From a virus (taxonomy: Duplodnaviria; Caudoviricetes): a DNA stretch of 64,000 nucleotides. The stretch covers positions 64,001 to 128,000 of IMG/VR virus record IMGVR_UViG_3300031992_000012; one strand, 5' to 3'. Position numbers and translations under genes: made by a program. Each line of letters opens with the position of its first letter. Within the stretch, counting starts at the first letter, position 1. Positions 17,693 through 26,967 of the stretch are shown here, piece after piece. The notes beneath the pieces are model-generated. The model did not search any database. It had not been told where the DNA came from and was given only the letters and a program-made list of their open reading frames with translations.

Positions 17693-18967
17693 ATGCCGAA
17701 ACGCAAAGGACAGGTGATGCACGGGGGAAGCCCGTTCCTCGCGTATCTGGGCTCCTTCTTCAAGCACGACACATGGGACCACTACTGGGATATGCGAAAG
17801 GCGATTCCCAAGGGTCTAGCGTCGGGCGCCAACATATACGGGCAGTCCGCCCTGGGCTTCTGGAAGGGGCAGAACGACGCCATTCTCAGAAACAAATACG
17901 CCCGGAAGGCGGAGGAGAGGCTGGGGCGAATCCTGACATCGAACCCCGGCTACAAGCCCCACGTTCTTGATGAGCTAGCCGACGACAACAGCAGGCGGTA
18001 CGACAGTTGGTCGGACTGGCTCTCCAGGGCGCACACCGACGCCCAGAAGTACTGGGGCGAGTACAAGTACAGGCGGGAGCCCGGCGAGAGCTGGTTCAAG
18101 GCGCTGACGTCGGCCCCTGGACAGGCGCTGCACCAGGCGATAGGATACGGCAGCCCGCTTCTTGTGCACTCAGCAGCGACCGGAGGCGCACCCACGGCGG
18201 CAGGCGCGTTGAGCGCGCTGCGGCCCGGGCTGGGCGGCGCATGGAAGACACTAAGCGGAATGGCCAAGATAGGAAAGACATTCCCCGCCATAGACAGGCT
18301 TACGGGACTGACGCATGTGCAGCCAGGCGACGGCCCGGTAAAGGCAGGTTTTAAGAGATGGGCCGGAAGACTCGTCCCGCCGCTTGTGTCCGCCGACCCG
18401 CTAGTGTCCGCCCGCGACATTGTCAGCCGCCACCCCGACCTGTACAACGGGAAGGTGGAGGGCCTTGCAAGAGGCGCCGTCGAGATGATGCCATATACAA
18501 GCAGCCCGGCCGGCCCTGTGGCCGACACCGCCGTGGAGCTCGCCGACAACGTGGAGGGAGCGGCCCAATCCTACGGCCCCAGGCTGTGGCGGTCGGCGAA
18601 GGGCTTCTGGGAGGCTTTCAAGAACGACAACGCCGACCAGGGCGCCCAGATACTCCGCAATGTCGCGGAAGGCCAGGAGCTCCGCGATGCCATGGACAAC
18701 ACGAGGACTAACAACATCCTCACCCTTACCGGCGGCCAGACCGTGAACAGCTATCCTTTCAACACAAGGGTGGCCCGTCACATTTTCGGCCCGGTCAACC
18801 CGAACAAGGCGGCAGCCCGTGGCGCGTGGAAGGCCACCCGGGGAAACCCCGACGTATTCCCGAGCTGGCTGGGCATAGGCGACCGTAATAGAAGCACGGC
18901 GTCGAAGCTTCCGCCACGCCCGGTCAATACGATAGCAGACAACCAACCAAACACCGCACAACCATGA
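17693..18967 (+). CDS. Ala/Gly-rich protein, putative virion protein
   Basis: 424-aa ORF flanked by leader-bearing genes. Confidence 0.7.
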   Translation: MPKRKGQVMHGGSPFLAYLGSFFKHDTWDHYWDMRKAIPKGLASGANIYGQSALGFWKGQNDAILRNKYARKAEERLGRILTSNPGYKPHVLDELADDNSRRYDSWSDWLSRAHTDAQKYWGEYKYRREPGESWFKALTSAPGQALHQAIGYGSPLLVHSAATGGAPTAAGALSALRPGLGGAWKTLSGMAKIGKTFPAIDRLTGLTHVQPGDGPVKAGFKRWAGRLVPPLVSADPLVSARDIVSRHPDLYNGKVEGLARGAVEMMPYTSSPAGPVADTAVELADNVEGAAQSYGPRLWRSAKGFWEAFKNDNADQGAQILRNVAEGQELRDAMDNTRTNNILTLTGGQTVNSYPFNTRVARHIFGPVNPNKAAARGAWKATRGNPDVFPSWLGIGDRNRSTASKLPPRPVNTIADNQPNTAQP

Positions 18968-19539
18968 CAAACCAGGAAATAATGGAAGCCTACCGTCTTG
19001 CCTACAAGCAGGCGGCGGCCCCTACGATAGACCAGATGAGAAGCGCCGTCCATCAGGTGTACGGCGACAACAACCTTAAAGGCCTTGGCGACGACGCGTA
19101 TGTGAGACGCAAGTTCGCGGCGGGCATGAAAGGCGCCAGGGCGAGGGCCCTTCAGGCGGCGCTGCAGTCCGGCGGCTCGATGACCGCAGGCGTCGGAGCA
19201 CAGTACCAGCCGGCCAGGAACTACGGCGTCTCCGACATCCAGGTCCGGCAGCCAGTCCGGAGACCGCTCAACCAGGCGCAGCAGGCCATGATGGCCCAGC
19301 GTGCGCAGATAGAGGCGATACGCCAGAGGCAGCAGCGGATGTCGGCGGCCTACAGGCAGCAGGCAAACAGCCAGGCGTTCTGGCGTCAGCCCGAAGCGCC
19401 GGCCTACGCCAACGCCGCCCTCAACAGGATAAACGCCAACACGGCGGCTCTTCGCGACAACGCACGTACACAGGCCTCCCGTTACCAGAACAACCGGCAG
19501 GCCACCCTCGCACGGCCCAATAACGTCGCCGTGCGCTAA
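18964..19539 (+). CDS. Ala/Gln/Arg-rich protein with AYKxA leader
   Basis: MTNQEIMEAYRLAYKQAA. Confidence 0.75.
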   Translation: MTNQEIMEAYRLAYKQAAAPTIDQMRSAVHQVYGDNNLKGLGDDAYVRRKFAAGMKGARARALQAALQSGGSMTAGVGAQYQPARNYGVSDIQVRQPVRRPLNQAQQAMMAQRAQIEAIRQRQQRMSAAYRQQANSQAFWRQPEAPAYANAALNRINANTAALRDNARTQASRYQNNRQATLARPNNVAVR

Positions 19540-19585
19540 AAAACCCTTTTTTAGCGTAATAATCAATTAAGGGGACTTTATCCCC
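19535..19585 (+). promoter_or_regulatory. putative phage promoter motif plus hairpin
   Basis: GCTAAAAAA..GTAATAATCAATTAA followed by GGGGA-CTTTA-TCCCC. Confidence 0.55.
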
Positions 19586-19591
19586 TAGCCC

Positions 19592-19638
19592 AAGACCCCG
19601 TATCAGAATGCCAGCCCTGATACGGGGTCTTTATTTTT
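19592..19638 (+). terminator. intrinsic terminator
   Basis: AAGACCCCGTATCAG/CTGATACGGGGTCTT plus T tract. Confidence 0.8.
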
Positions 19639-19661
19639 AACACTTAAAAAAGGAGGCACCA

Positions 19662-20153
19662 GTGAAAGTCCATTCTACATTCGAAGTCAACCCTGATCCA
19701 CCCTTCGACATCATAAAGCAGGTAGGCGGCAGTGAATACATCTGTGAGCACTGCGGGAAGGCGTTCAAGGACAAGGAAGAGTGCGGGAAGCACGAGAAGT
19801 CCTGCAAGAAGGGCAAGACGGGAAAAGGCTTTTTCTTCAACATCAACGCCCGTCCGACATTCGGCGGCAATTTCGAGGTGTCCGTCTTCGGCAGCCAGAA
19901 GGAACGCCCGAAGAAGACATACCTAATCAGCCAGACCGGCGAGCATCTGCTCACCGACACCGAGTTCGGCGACCAGCCCGTCCAGGTGTCGATCTGCCAG
20001 GTGCCGCTCGACCGTCTCGAGGGCGCCATAATCGACATCACGGCCCGTCTCAGCATCATGCTGAAGGATCAGCTTGCCGCCCTTCCGGCAATAGCCAAGG
20101 AGATTCGCGAGCAGGCCAGGAAAATCATGGAGGGCAAGGATGGGTCTGATTGA
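19662..20153 (+). CDS. C2HC zinc-finger family protein
   Basis: YICEHCGKAF..KEECGKHEKSC. Confidence 0.8.
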   Translation: MKVHSTFEVNPDPPFDIIKQVGGSEYICEHCGKAFKDKEECGKHEKSCKKGKTGKGFFFNINARPTFGGNFEVSVFGSQKERPKKTYLISQTGEHLLTDTEFGDQPVQVSICQVPLDRLEGAIIDITARLSIMLKDQLAALPAIAKEIREQARKIMEGKDGSD

Positions 20154-20556
20154 GCACACGTACACGACATGGGAATGCCCCGTATGCGGGCAGGTCTTCC
20201 ACGACAAGGACAAGGCGTTCAAGCATGAGAAGCTGTGCAAAAACGTGAAGGTCGACTCGATTGAGCTGACCTTCACCGAGAGCTACGGCTGCTTCACGAT
20301 GTACGAGTCGAGACGGTCCTCATGGAAGGAGGCGCTGTACAAGGTGAGGGTCTACGACGAGGACGTCCAGGAGGACAGCTCCTACGCCCGGAGATGGGTG
20401 GTCGAGGTCTTGCCCGGCGAGTACGACAAGGCGGTCCAGCTTCTTCTGGAGGCCGTCAACAAGGATTTCAGCGAACGCCTGAACAAGGCGTGCGAGACAT
20501 TGGTCAAGTACAAGGAAGAGAGAAATGCGAAAAGGAAACAGCATAAAGATGTCTGA
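20140..20556 (+). CDS. C2HC zinc-finger family protein
   Basis: WECPVCGQVF..KDKAFKHEKLC. Confidence 0.8.
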   Translation: MGLIEHTYTTWECPVCGQVFHDKDKAFKHEKLCKNVKVDSIELTFTESYGCFTMYESRRSSWKEALYKVRVYDEDVQEDSSYARRWVVEVLPGEYDKAVQLLLEAVNKDFSERLNKACETLVKYKEERNAKRKQHKDV

Positions 20557-20657
20557 GCTGACTGGGTACAGGCCTCCTTATTTCTGGATGGAAGAGGCGC
20601 TTCAGCGTCTTCAGCAGCAGACCAGCGATGTACGGCAACAACACAAGGAAGAGCAAG

Positions 20658-20945
20658 ATGAGAAAAGGAAACGTCAGGAAAACACTTGAGGAGCTCGGCT
20701 ACGAGCCCTATTATGCCAACGGATGGAAGAAGCATTTCGGCGGCTACACCTTCGACGTGAGCAAGGAGAAGACGGGCTGGGAGCTGAAGCTTCTTGACGA
20801 TAGCAGCTTCATTCTCGCATGCGTTCCTTGCCACGACGTGAATGAAGGCGAGACCGAGGCCCTGAAGATTGCGCACACGTACTACCTGAAGGCGTTGCAG
20901 GCGGTCAAGGCGGAGCTCGACGCCAGGGGCGTGCCATGTGAGTAG
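20658..20945 (+). CDS. hypothetical protein
   Basis: ORF with RBS; alternative start at 20628. Confidence 0.65.
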   Translation: MRKGNVRKTLEELGYEPYYANGWKKHFGGYTFDVSKEKTGWELKLLDDSSFILACVPCHDVNEGETEALKIAHTYYLKALQAVKAELDARGVPCE

Positions 20946-21192
20946 GGAGGAACTCGACGCCGTCACATTCCGGCTGGCGGAGCGCGACGACCGGGATGTG
21001 GGCGCCATGTTCGAGGAGTTTACCAGAATGCAGTTGTCGGGCGAGATTGCCGACGACGCCGGCCTCCTCGATTTCCTTATGTCGCTCCGCCGAAACGGTG
21101 TGCTTAAGAGCGCATATGAGGCCTACCGCATATGGCAGGTGCTCCAGGACAGGCCGCAGCGCTGGTACAACGTGACTCTGGAGGCGACATGA
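20938..21192 (+). CDS. small helical protein, paralog family C
   Basis: SREELDAVTFRLAERDD. Confidence 0.7.
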   Translation: MSREELDAVTFRLAERDDRDVGAMFEEFTRMQLSGEIADDAGLLDFLMSLRRNGVLKSAYEAYRIWQVLQDRPQRWYNVTLEAT

Positions 21193-21479
21193 CGGAACAA
21201 CGCACCGCATTAATCACGGACGAGGAATACGACAATCTTGTCCGTTCACTTGCCGAGAGCGACAACGGCTCTCTTTATGAAATCAGGCTCTCGCTTGTGA
21301 GGAAAAACATCGAGGGGGCTTTGCCCTTCAGCAGGACCCGTCCCGGGCGGATGATCGACGCGCTCGTCCGTCTGGGGATGGTGTCCGACAAAGACGAGGC
21401 CTTGAGACGATTCGAGGACGAGCGCATGGAGCACGCCATGCGCGGCGTTGAACGGATATTCATGCTGAGGCAGACATGA
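21189..21479 (+). CDS. small helical protein, paralog family C
   Basis: TDEEYDNLVRSLAESDNGSLY. Confidence 0.75.
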   Translation: MTEQRTALITDEEYDNLVRSLAESDNGSLYEIRLSLVRKNIEGALPFSRTRPGRMIDALVRLGMVSDKDEALRRFEDERMEHAMRGVERIFMLRQT

Positions 21480-21784
21480 CCTGCAGGGAATACGACGAAC
21501 TCGTACGCTCCCTCATGGAGAGCGACGACAACTCGCTTTACGCGGTGAAGCTGAAGCTCACCGGCATGTTCCGCCACGGTCTTCTCGAGCAGGACCTCGT
21601 AACTGACGAGGCGTTCATAGGGTCGCTTCTGCGCCTCGGCCTGGTCGATGATCCGGATGCCGTGCAGAAGACTATAAACGACCAGCGCGAGGCCTACATA
21701 ATGGGAAGGCGGTTCGGGACGAGGGGCTCGCTCCCCCTGTGGAGGAACCTCAGGCGCCTCCTAGATATTACGGACAACAGATGA
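21476..21784 (+). CDS. small helical protein, paralog family C
   Basis: TCREYDELVRSLMESDDNSLY. Confidence 0.75.
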   Translation: MTCREYDELVRSLMESDDNSLYAVKLKLTGMFRHGLLEQDLVTDEAFIGSLLRLGLVDDPDAVQKTINDQREAYIMGRRFGTRGSLPLWRNLRRLLDITDNR

Positions 21785-22017
21785 CACATGAACAACTGGA
21801 CGAGGAGGTGGGAAGGCTTATGGAGACAGACCGCGAGAGGGTGCAGGAAGTCTTCTGCGCCCTGGTGGACATGGTGAACGCCGGAATGCTGGAAGGTCCG
21901 GTAAGGGCCTTCGCCGTCATACGCAGCGTAATGCGGAGCCCCCGCTACAACAAGCGGCTCAAGGACGACGCGTTCTATTTGGCCGAGAAATTGGAAATCA
22001 ACCCTTTTGAGGACTAG
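21781..22017 (+). CDS. small helical protein, paralog family C
   Basis: THEQLDEEVGRLMETDRE. Confidence 0.7.
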   Translation: MTHEQLDEEVGRLMETDRERVQEVFCALVDMVNAGMLEGPVRAFAVIRSVMRSPRYNKRLKDDAFYLAEKLEINPFED

Positions 22018-22019
22018 AA

Positions 22020-22415
22020 ATGGCGACAAGATACAACACTACATACACATGCAGGAGATGCGGCAAGGCATTCAACTCCGTCAAGGAGTGCAAGGCCCAC
22101 GAGCCTAAGTGCAGGAAAATGGTCGAGGGATGCAAGCGCGTCCGCATAAGCCTCGAGGAGGGCGACGACATAAACATCTATGTCGGCCAGTGCCTGGAGG
22201 CCAAGGAGCCAGGCCTGCTTGACAAGCCCCTGGTGGATCACGGCTCCGAGGACGAAGGGTACGTGACATGCCGCGAGTGGTCCATGTACCTGCCCGGAGA
22301 CGCCGATGTCGACGAGGCCCTTGACAGGCTGGCGGACTTCATGAAGAAAGACCTCGCAGACCTGGCCTCGCGTCTTGCGACCAACGTCGACGAGTGGAAA
22401 GCCAGGCATAAATGA
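22020..22415 (+). CDS. C2HC zinc-finger family protein
   Basis: YTCRRCGKAF..VKECKAHEPKC. Confidence 0.8.
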   Translation: MATRYNTTYTCRRCGKAFNSVKECKAHEPKCRKMVEGCKRVRISLEEGDDINIYVGQCLEAKEPGLLDKPLVDHGSEDEGYVTCREWSMYLPGDADVDEALDRLADFMKKDLADLASRLATNVDEWKARHK

Positions 22416-22591
22416 CCGACGAATGGCTTGAGGATTTTCTGCGTCGCTCCATGGAGTGCGACGAGACCAATCACCTTGTAAGGACCTGGAACATGTTGAG
22501 GCAGATGCACGACGCCGGCGAAATCGACGAGTACATCCTGCTCCAGCGTCTGGTAAGAGTACTGAACAAGATAAGAAAGGAGGACGAATGA
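22412..22591 (+). CDS. 59-aa protein, paralog family C (absent from the ORF track)
   Basis: Translated by hand: MTDEWLEDFLRRSMECDETNHLV...MHDAGEIDE; coupled at both ends. Confidence 0.65.
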   Translation: MTDEWLEDFLRRSMECDETNHLVRTWNMLRQMHDAGEIDEYILLQRLVRVLNKIRKEDE

Positions 22592-22644
22592 GAAAGGACT
22601 ACCATTGCTTTTTCAAGTGCGACATATGCGGACGGGAGGAGTAA
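22588..22644 (+). pseudogene. truncated zinc-finger family remnant
   Basis: AGGAGG RBS; MRKDYHCFFKCDICGREE* stops after the first CxxC. Confidence 0.5.
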
Positions 22645-22648
22645 GGCG

Positions 22649-23023
22649 ATGAAAACAGAGATCAAGTACTACTGCGACACCTGCAACAGGATGTTCACCG
22701 ACGAGAAGGAGTGCAAGATGCACGAGCGCGAGTGCGGCAAGACAAAGGCCAAGATTGTGCGCATCGTGCTCTCGGCCACAGGGTATATCCAGCTACAGGC
22801 AGTCGACGTCCGTCTAAGCGACAAGAACCTAATCGGCAAGGAGGAGACCGAGAACATCGGCATGGGCAACGTGACAATCAAGTTCTACTGCCGTCCTGAG
22901 AATGAGCGTGAATACGTCATCAAGGCGCTCAGGAAGGCCAGGGAGGCGTCCGACAGAATCCTTGAGCGCATAGAGAAGGAAAAGAAGAAGTACGGCATAA
23001 CCTGGACGGAGGCCGGTCTATGA
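22649..23023 (+). CDS. C2HC zinc-finger family protein
   Basis: YYCDTCNRMF..EKECKMHEREC. Confidence 0.8.
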   Translation: MKTEIKYYCDTCNRMFTDEKECKMHERECGKTKAKIVRIVLSATGYIQLQAVDVRLSDKNLIGKEETENIGMGNVTIKFYCRPENEREYVIKALRKAREASDRILERIEKEKKKYGITWTEAGL

Positions 23024-23433
23024 AAACGATCCTTAAGCAGACTACAGTGACCCGCTATGAATGCGAGTTCTGCCACCATACGTTCGACGACGCCGACGAA
23101 TGCAAGGAGCACGAGAAGTACTGCGGAAGCAAGGACGACGTGATAAGCGTCATTGCACGGCTGTGGATCAACGGCACGTTCTCAGTGTCGGTGCAGAAGG
23201 CCCGTGGCTACATCTACGACCCCTGTCTGCAGGTTCATGGCTGCACCGGCATCAGCAATGTACTGGCGGAGTTCTGCGTCAACTCCGTCTCGCCGGACAA
23301 GTTCGACCAGGCGTGCGCCCTCATACAGGACGGCGTAAGGGATTTGAAGCTGAACATCGACCGCCATCGCGGGCCTGTGCTTAACGCCAGGCTCAAGGCT
23401 GAATTCGACAAAATAAACGACAGAAGCATCTGA
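23020..23433 (+). CDS. C2HC zinc-finger family protein
   Basis: YECEFCHHTF..ADECKEHEKYC. Confidence 0.8.
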   Translation: MKTILKQTTVTRYECEFCHHTFDDADECKEHEKYCGSKDDVISVIARLWINGTFSVSVQKARGYIYDPCLQVHGCTGISNVLAEFCVNSVSPDKFDQACALIQDGVRDLKLNIDRHRGPVLNARLKAEFDKINDRSI

Positions 23434-23488
23434 TTAAAGGGCCGCCGGGTGACGGCCCGTGTACAACAAAAAACAAAAGGAGCAAGCA

Positions 23489-24241
23489 ATGAAGAAACTG
23501 TTATTCGCAATCGCAATCGCACTCGTGACGTTGACGGCAACGGCGGTGACCGTGATGGACCGCGCCACGTACAACAAGACATGGGTTCCGCCGTCGGAGT
23601 ACGAGCAGAACACGGAGTACTACGAGTTCCGATTCCTGCTTTACACGCCATACGGCGTTGTCATGAAGGACGCGGAAGGCAACGTCGTGCTGGATGAGAA
23701 GAACAGCCCGGTGATTGTCTTCAACGACGTGGTCATCCAGTGGCGGGCGGTCCTGCGTGTCCAGAACTACAAAGGGAACAGGAAGATGGAGTGGGCCAGC
23801 CTGAAGATTGCCGAGAACGAGGACGTCCCGGCAGACGGCACCGGCGGTCTCGCATGGGAGGAGGCCAGAGGCGTGACCATGGTCAATGTCCTTATGGAGA
23901 GCGGAGACTGCAGGACCTATTTCAGGGTTCCGTTCCTTTCCCCGGAAAGGGGCGAATGCCTTGGCAGGGCGTCCTGCCTGGCGGCCGGAAGCTGCTTCAT
24001 GGAGGTCCAGCACGGCAAGATGGTTGTCACGAGCGGAAGCGGCGGCATCACCGGATACGGTCTAGACGAGAGCAGGGCGCTCGGATTGGCCGAACCCGCT
24101 ACCCCGCTGGTCCCCACGCCGATTGACAGCCTCGCGGTACATGGCAGCCTGTCCGTGTTCAGGCGCGGCGGCGAAATGAACTACAAAGCCATCAGGAACG
24201 TCCTGAATACAAAGACAAGCGTGAAGACAATCAGGAAATGA
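23489..24241 (+). CDS. putative secreted beta-rich protein
   Basis: Signal peptide MKKLLFAIAIALVTLTATA; AAGGAG RBS. Confidence 0.75.
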   Translation: MKKLLFAIAIALVTLTATAVTVMDRATYNKTWVPPSEYEQNTEYYEFRFLLYTPYGVVMKDAEGNVVLDEKNSPVIVFNDVVIQWRAVLRVQNYKGNRKMEWASLKIAENEDVPADGTGGLAWEEARGVTMVNVLMESGDCRTYFRVPFLSPERGECLGRASCLAAGSCFMEVQHGKMVVTSGSGGITGYGLDESRALGLAEPATPLVPTPIDSLAVHGSLSVFRRGGEMNYKAIRNVLNTKTSVKTIRK

Positions 24242-24702
24242 GCGCGTCCGACAATGTCTCAAGGAGCATCGTGACCGGTAGCTATCCGGGGTTCCGATGC
24301 TCCGTCTCGGATAACGAGACTACCATTCGTGTCCTTGGCGTGTCGGGTGATCTGACCTATCGCGTCAAGGAGGACGAGCTCTTCAACAAGGGCGACGTGC
24401 TGGCGGTCGTCGGCGGGATGGAGGTGAAGGCTCCATGCTACGCCACTGTGTACGAGCTGTCTAAAAGGGAGTTCCTGAACGATGGCGACGTTCTCATGCG
24501 CATACGGGATGTCAACCCCACGTACTCCTGCTACTTCGCCCCGCCGCTTGAAGTAGTCGGGCGCGAGAAAGAGGACATCACGGGGCTGGAGCTCTATCGC
24601 CGAATCCGCAAGAACATGAACCTCCCGAGCAAGAAGTGCAAGAACATAAGGGAAGTAGTAGAATACCTAACGGAAACCGTGAACAAGGAGGAGAAGAAAT
24701 GA
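24238..24702 (+). CDS. biotinyl/lipoyl-like (barrel-sandwich hybrid) domain protein lacking the acceptor Lys
   Basis: G.L.YRVKEDELFNKGDVLAVVGGMEVKAP..ATVYEL...GDVLMRI. Confidence 0.5.
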   Translation: MSASDNVSRSIVTGSYPGFRCSVSDNETTIRVLGVSGDLTYRVKEDELFNKGDVLAVVGGMEVKAPCYATVYELSKREFLNDGDVLMRIRDVNPTYSCYFAPPLEVVGREKEDITGLELYRRIRKNMNLPSKKCKNIREVVEYLTETVNKEEKK

Positions 24703-24842
24703 CCATGGACAACGAGAAAGGACTGGCTGCGTGAAGGGCTGAAGCCCGCCGTGCTCCCCCAGCAGGAGGATCAAGACAAGCAGAGGGCCCGTGACAAGGC
24801 CAGACGGGAAAAGGCGGAGAACGCCGCCGGCTGACGAACAAG

Positions 24843-24877
24843 GAACGGGGGTCCGTACAATCCCCGTTCTTTTTCTT
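24843..24877 (+). terminator. intrinsic terminator
   Basis: GAACGGGG/CCCCGTTC plus T5. Confidence 0.75.
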
Positions 24878-24906
24878 AGCCCGTAGAAGTTATATTAAGT
24901 GTCATT

Positions 24907-26211
24907 ATGACTCAATCTGCCAAAGGAATAAAAGACCGCGCAAACTACGGGGATTTAAGCTCCCTGCGCACCGACATACCGCTCACGCTGGTACGCCAGC
25001 TTCATCGTGCCAAACGCGCCGGGACACACACCGATCTGCGCATCGGCACCAACGCCGGGATGTTCAGTTGGGCCATGCCCAAGGACCTACCGGGCGAGGG
25101 CGAGAAGCATCTGGCCATACGCCAGCCGCTGCACGACTGGAGCTACAACGACTTCGAGGGCGAGATAGGCAGGGGTTACGGCAAAGGCGTCGTCAGCCGT
25201 CTTGAGAAGAGCCCGGTCATCCTCCTGAAGAACGACCCGGGCCACATAATGTTCACACGCGGCGACACGCGGAACAGCCCTGTATACAACATGGTTCAGA
25301 CAAGGAACGGCAACTGGCTGGTCATGATGAAGGGCGAGAACATCCCGCTGACGGTCAGGACGTACAGCAAGGAGCATTTCAAGTCGATACCGCTGGACAA
25401 GGTGGCCGACATAATGGACGACAACGCAATCGCCACGCCGAAGCTCGACGGGGCGGGCGCCCTGGCCTCCCTCGGCGACCGTGGCGTGCGCGTCTTCGGA
25501 ATACGCCCGGACAAGGGCGGGAATCCCATAGAGTACACCGACCACATCGGCGGGCTGAGGGACCTCGAGATACCCGAGGACCTTCGCGGCCTTACGCTCA
25601 GGGGCGAGGTAGTCGCCGAGCGTGACGGGAAGATACTGCCCCCGCAGGAGCTGTCGGGCTATCTCAACAGCGCCTTGATGAAGGCTGCAGCTAGAAGGGT
25701 AGACGACGGCATAGGGCTGCGCATGGCGCCCCTGGCCATCGTGGGTGACAAGGACGACTACGACAGGAAGCGCATAGACGAGATAGTGCGGCGGCTTAGG
25801 TCGGGCAAGTTCATCAGCCTGCCGACGTACAACCGCGAGGCAGCCCTCAAGGCGATAGAGGCCATGCGCAACGGGACCCACCCTTTGACCAGGGAGGGCC
25901 TCGTTATTCAGCGTCCGGGCGAACGGCCGGTCAAGGCCAAGCTGACGGACGATTCAGACGTGGTCGTAAGGAACATCTTCCCGGCGGTTACGAAGGACGG
26001 CTCTAGAAGGGCCGGCGGCTTCGAATATTCGCTTCCGGGCAGCGACAAGATAGTGGGTCGTGTCGGCACGGGCTTCAGCCATGAGCTGCTGAGGGACATG
26101 CTCGACAACCCCGGCAAGTACATAGGACGCACGGCGCGTATACACCACCTCGGGCAGTACGACGGTGGCGCTTATCGGGCGCCTGGCTTTATAAGCATGA
26201 AGGAAGACTAG
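24907..26211 (+). CDS. LigD-type 3'-phosphoesterase fused to an ATP-dependent DNA ligase
   Basis: PE motifs QLHRA..THTDLR, SWAMPK, LAIRQPLH..Y.DFEGEI..GYGKG; ligase KLDG, LRGE, EGLVI, KAK; OB-fold GRVGTGF. Confidence 0.85.
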   Translation: MTQSAKGIKDRANYGDLSSLRTDIPLTLVRQLHRAKRAGTHTDLRIGTNAGMFSWAMPKDLPGEGEKHLAIRQPLHDWSYNDFEGEIGRGYGKGVVSRLEKSPVILLKNDPGHIMFTRGDTRNSPVYNMVQTRNGNWLVMMKGENIPLTVRTYSKEHFKSIPLDKVADIMDDNAIATPKLDGAGALASLGDRGVRVFGIRPDKGGNPIEYTDHIGGLRDLEIPEDLRGLTLRGEVVAERDGKILPPQELSGYLNSALMKAAARRVDDGIGLRMAPLAIVGDKDDYDRKRIDEIVRRLRSGKFISLPTYNREAALKAIEAMRNGTHPLTREGLVIQRPGERPVKAKLTDDSDVVVRNIFPAVTKDGSRRAGGFEYSLPGSDKIVGRVGTGFSHELLRDMLDNPGKYIGRTARIHHLGQYDGGAYRAPGFISMKED

Positions 26212-26215
26212 GGCA

Positions 26216-26392
26216 ATGACCCACCCAAACCGCAACAGTGTGAAGGCAAGCGTTCACCCCGGCTTCTGGTGCTGGGGCTGCGACGCCGCTATTGTTTCGG
26301 CGGGAAGGAAATGCCCCGTCTGCGGCACAAGAAATTACAACGCGTTGAAAAATCGTCTAAGCGTGTCCGACATAAGGAGAATAAAGGAATGA
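26216..26392 (+). CDS. 58-aa zinc-ribbon protein (absent from the ORF track)
   Basis: Translated by hand: MTHPNRN..GFWCWGCDAAIVSAGRKCPVCG..; ATGA-coupled to the next gene. Confidence 0.7.
   Translation: MTHPNRNSVKASVHPGFWCWGCDAAIVSAGRKCPVCGTRNYNALKNRLSVSDIRRIKE
26335..26352. repeat. dispersed palindrome, copy 3
   Basis: TTACAACGCGTTGAAAAA inside a CDS. Confidence 0.75.
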
Positions 26393-26958
26393 TTGATTGG
26401 ATAGCAGTGAAGGAAGCGATGTCCGACGACGCGAAGGGCGCTATTATGGGTGCTCTTGTAGGAGGCGGTCTCGGCGCGGGCGGCGGAATACTGTTCGGTA
26501 AGAACAAACTTGTAGGCGGTCTTGTCGGCGGCGGTGCAGGAGCTGTTTCCGGCGGTCTGGCGGGGTATGGTCTCGGACGCGCGCATAGGCTGGGGAAGGA
26601 ACGCGACATAGCCCGGCTCAAGGGTGATTTGAAGGACATTTACTACAAGAACATGGACTCCCCGTCACAGCGGTTCCATTTAGGTGAAAACGGTGGCTGG
26701 AAGGACGATTATTCCCAGGAGGACTGGGAGCATAACTTGAAGGGAGACCTCGGCATAATAGAGGACACATTCGCCCTCCATCCGGACAACATAAAGAAAA
26801 TCCGCGAACGGCTGAAGGAGCGGTTGACGATGACCTACAACCACAAGCTCAATGGCAATAATTATGACCTTGAGCGCAGGATAAGCCCCGAGGACTTCCA
26901 CGCCGAGAGGATAGGAAGGGACAAGCATGTACGCTATTTCCGCAACAAATACGAATAG
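26389..26958 (+). CDS. glycine-zipper membrane protein with MIDW leader
   Basis: MIDWIAVKEA followed by GAIMGALVGGGLGAGGG / GGLVGGGAGAVSGGLAGYG. Confidence 0.8.
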   Translation: MIDWIAVKEAMSDDAKGAIMGALVGGGLGAGGGILFGKNKLVGGLVGGGAGAVSGGLAGYGLGRAHRLGKERDIARLKGDLKDIYYKNMDSPSQRFHLGENGGWKDDYSQEDWEHNLKGDLGIIEDTFALHPDNIKKIRERLKERLTMTYNHKLNGNNYDLERRISPEDFHAERIGRDKHVRYFRNKYE

Positions 26959-26967
26959 GAGACGGAG

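Noticed and set aside
24699-24834. Possible frameshifted 44-aa ORF (MTMDNEK/DWLREGLK...)
   Set aside because: It is too short and has no paralog to validate the joined reading.
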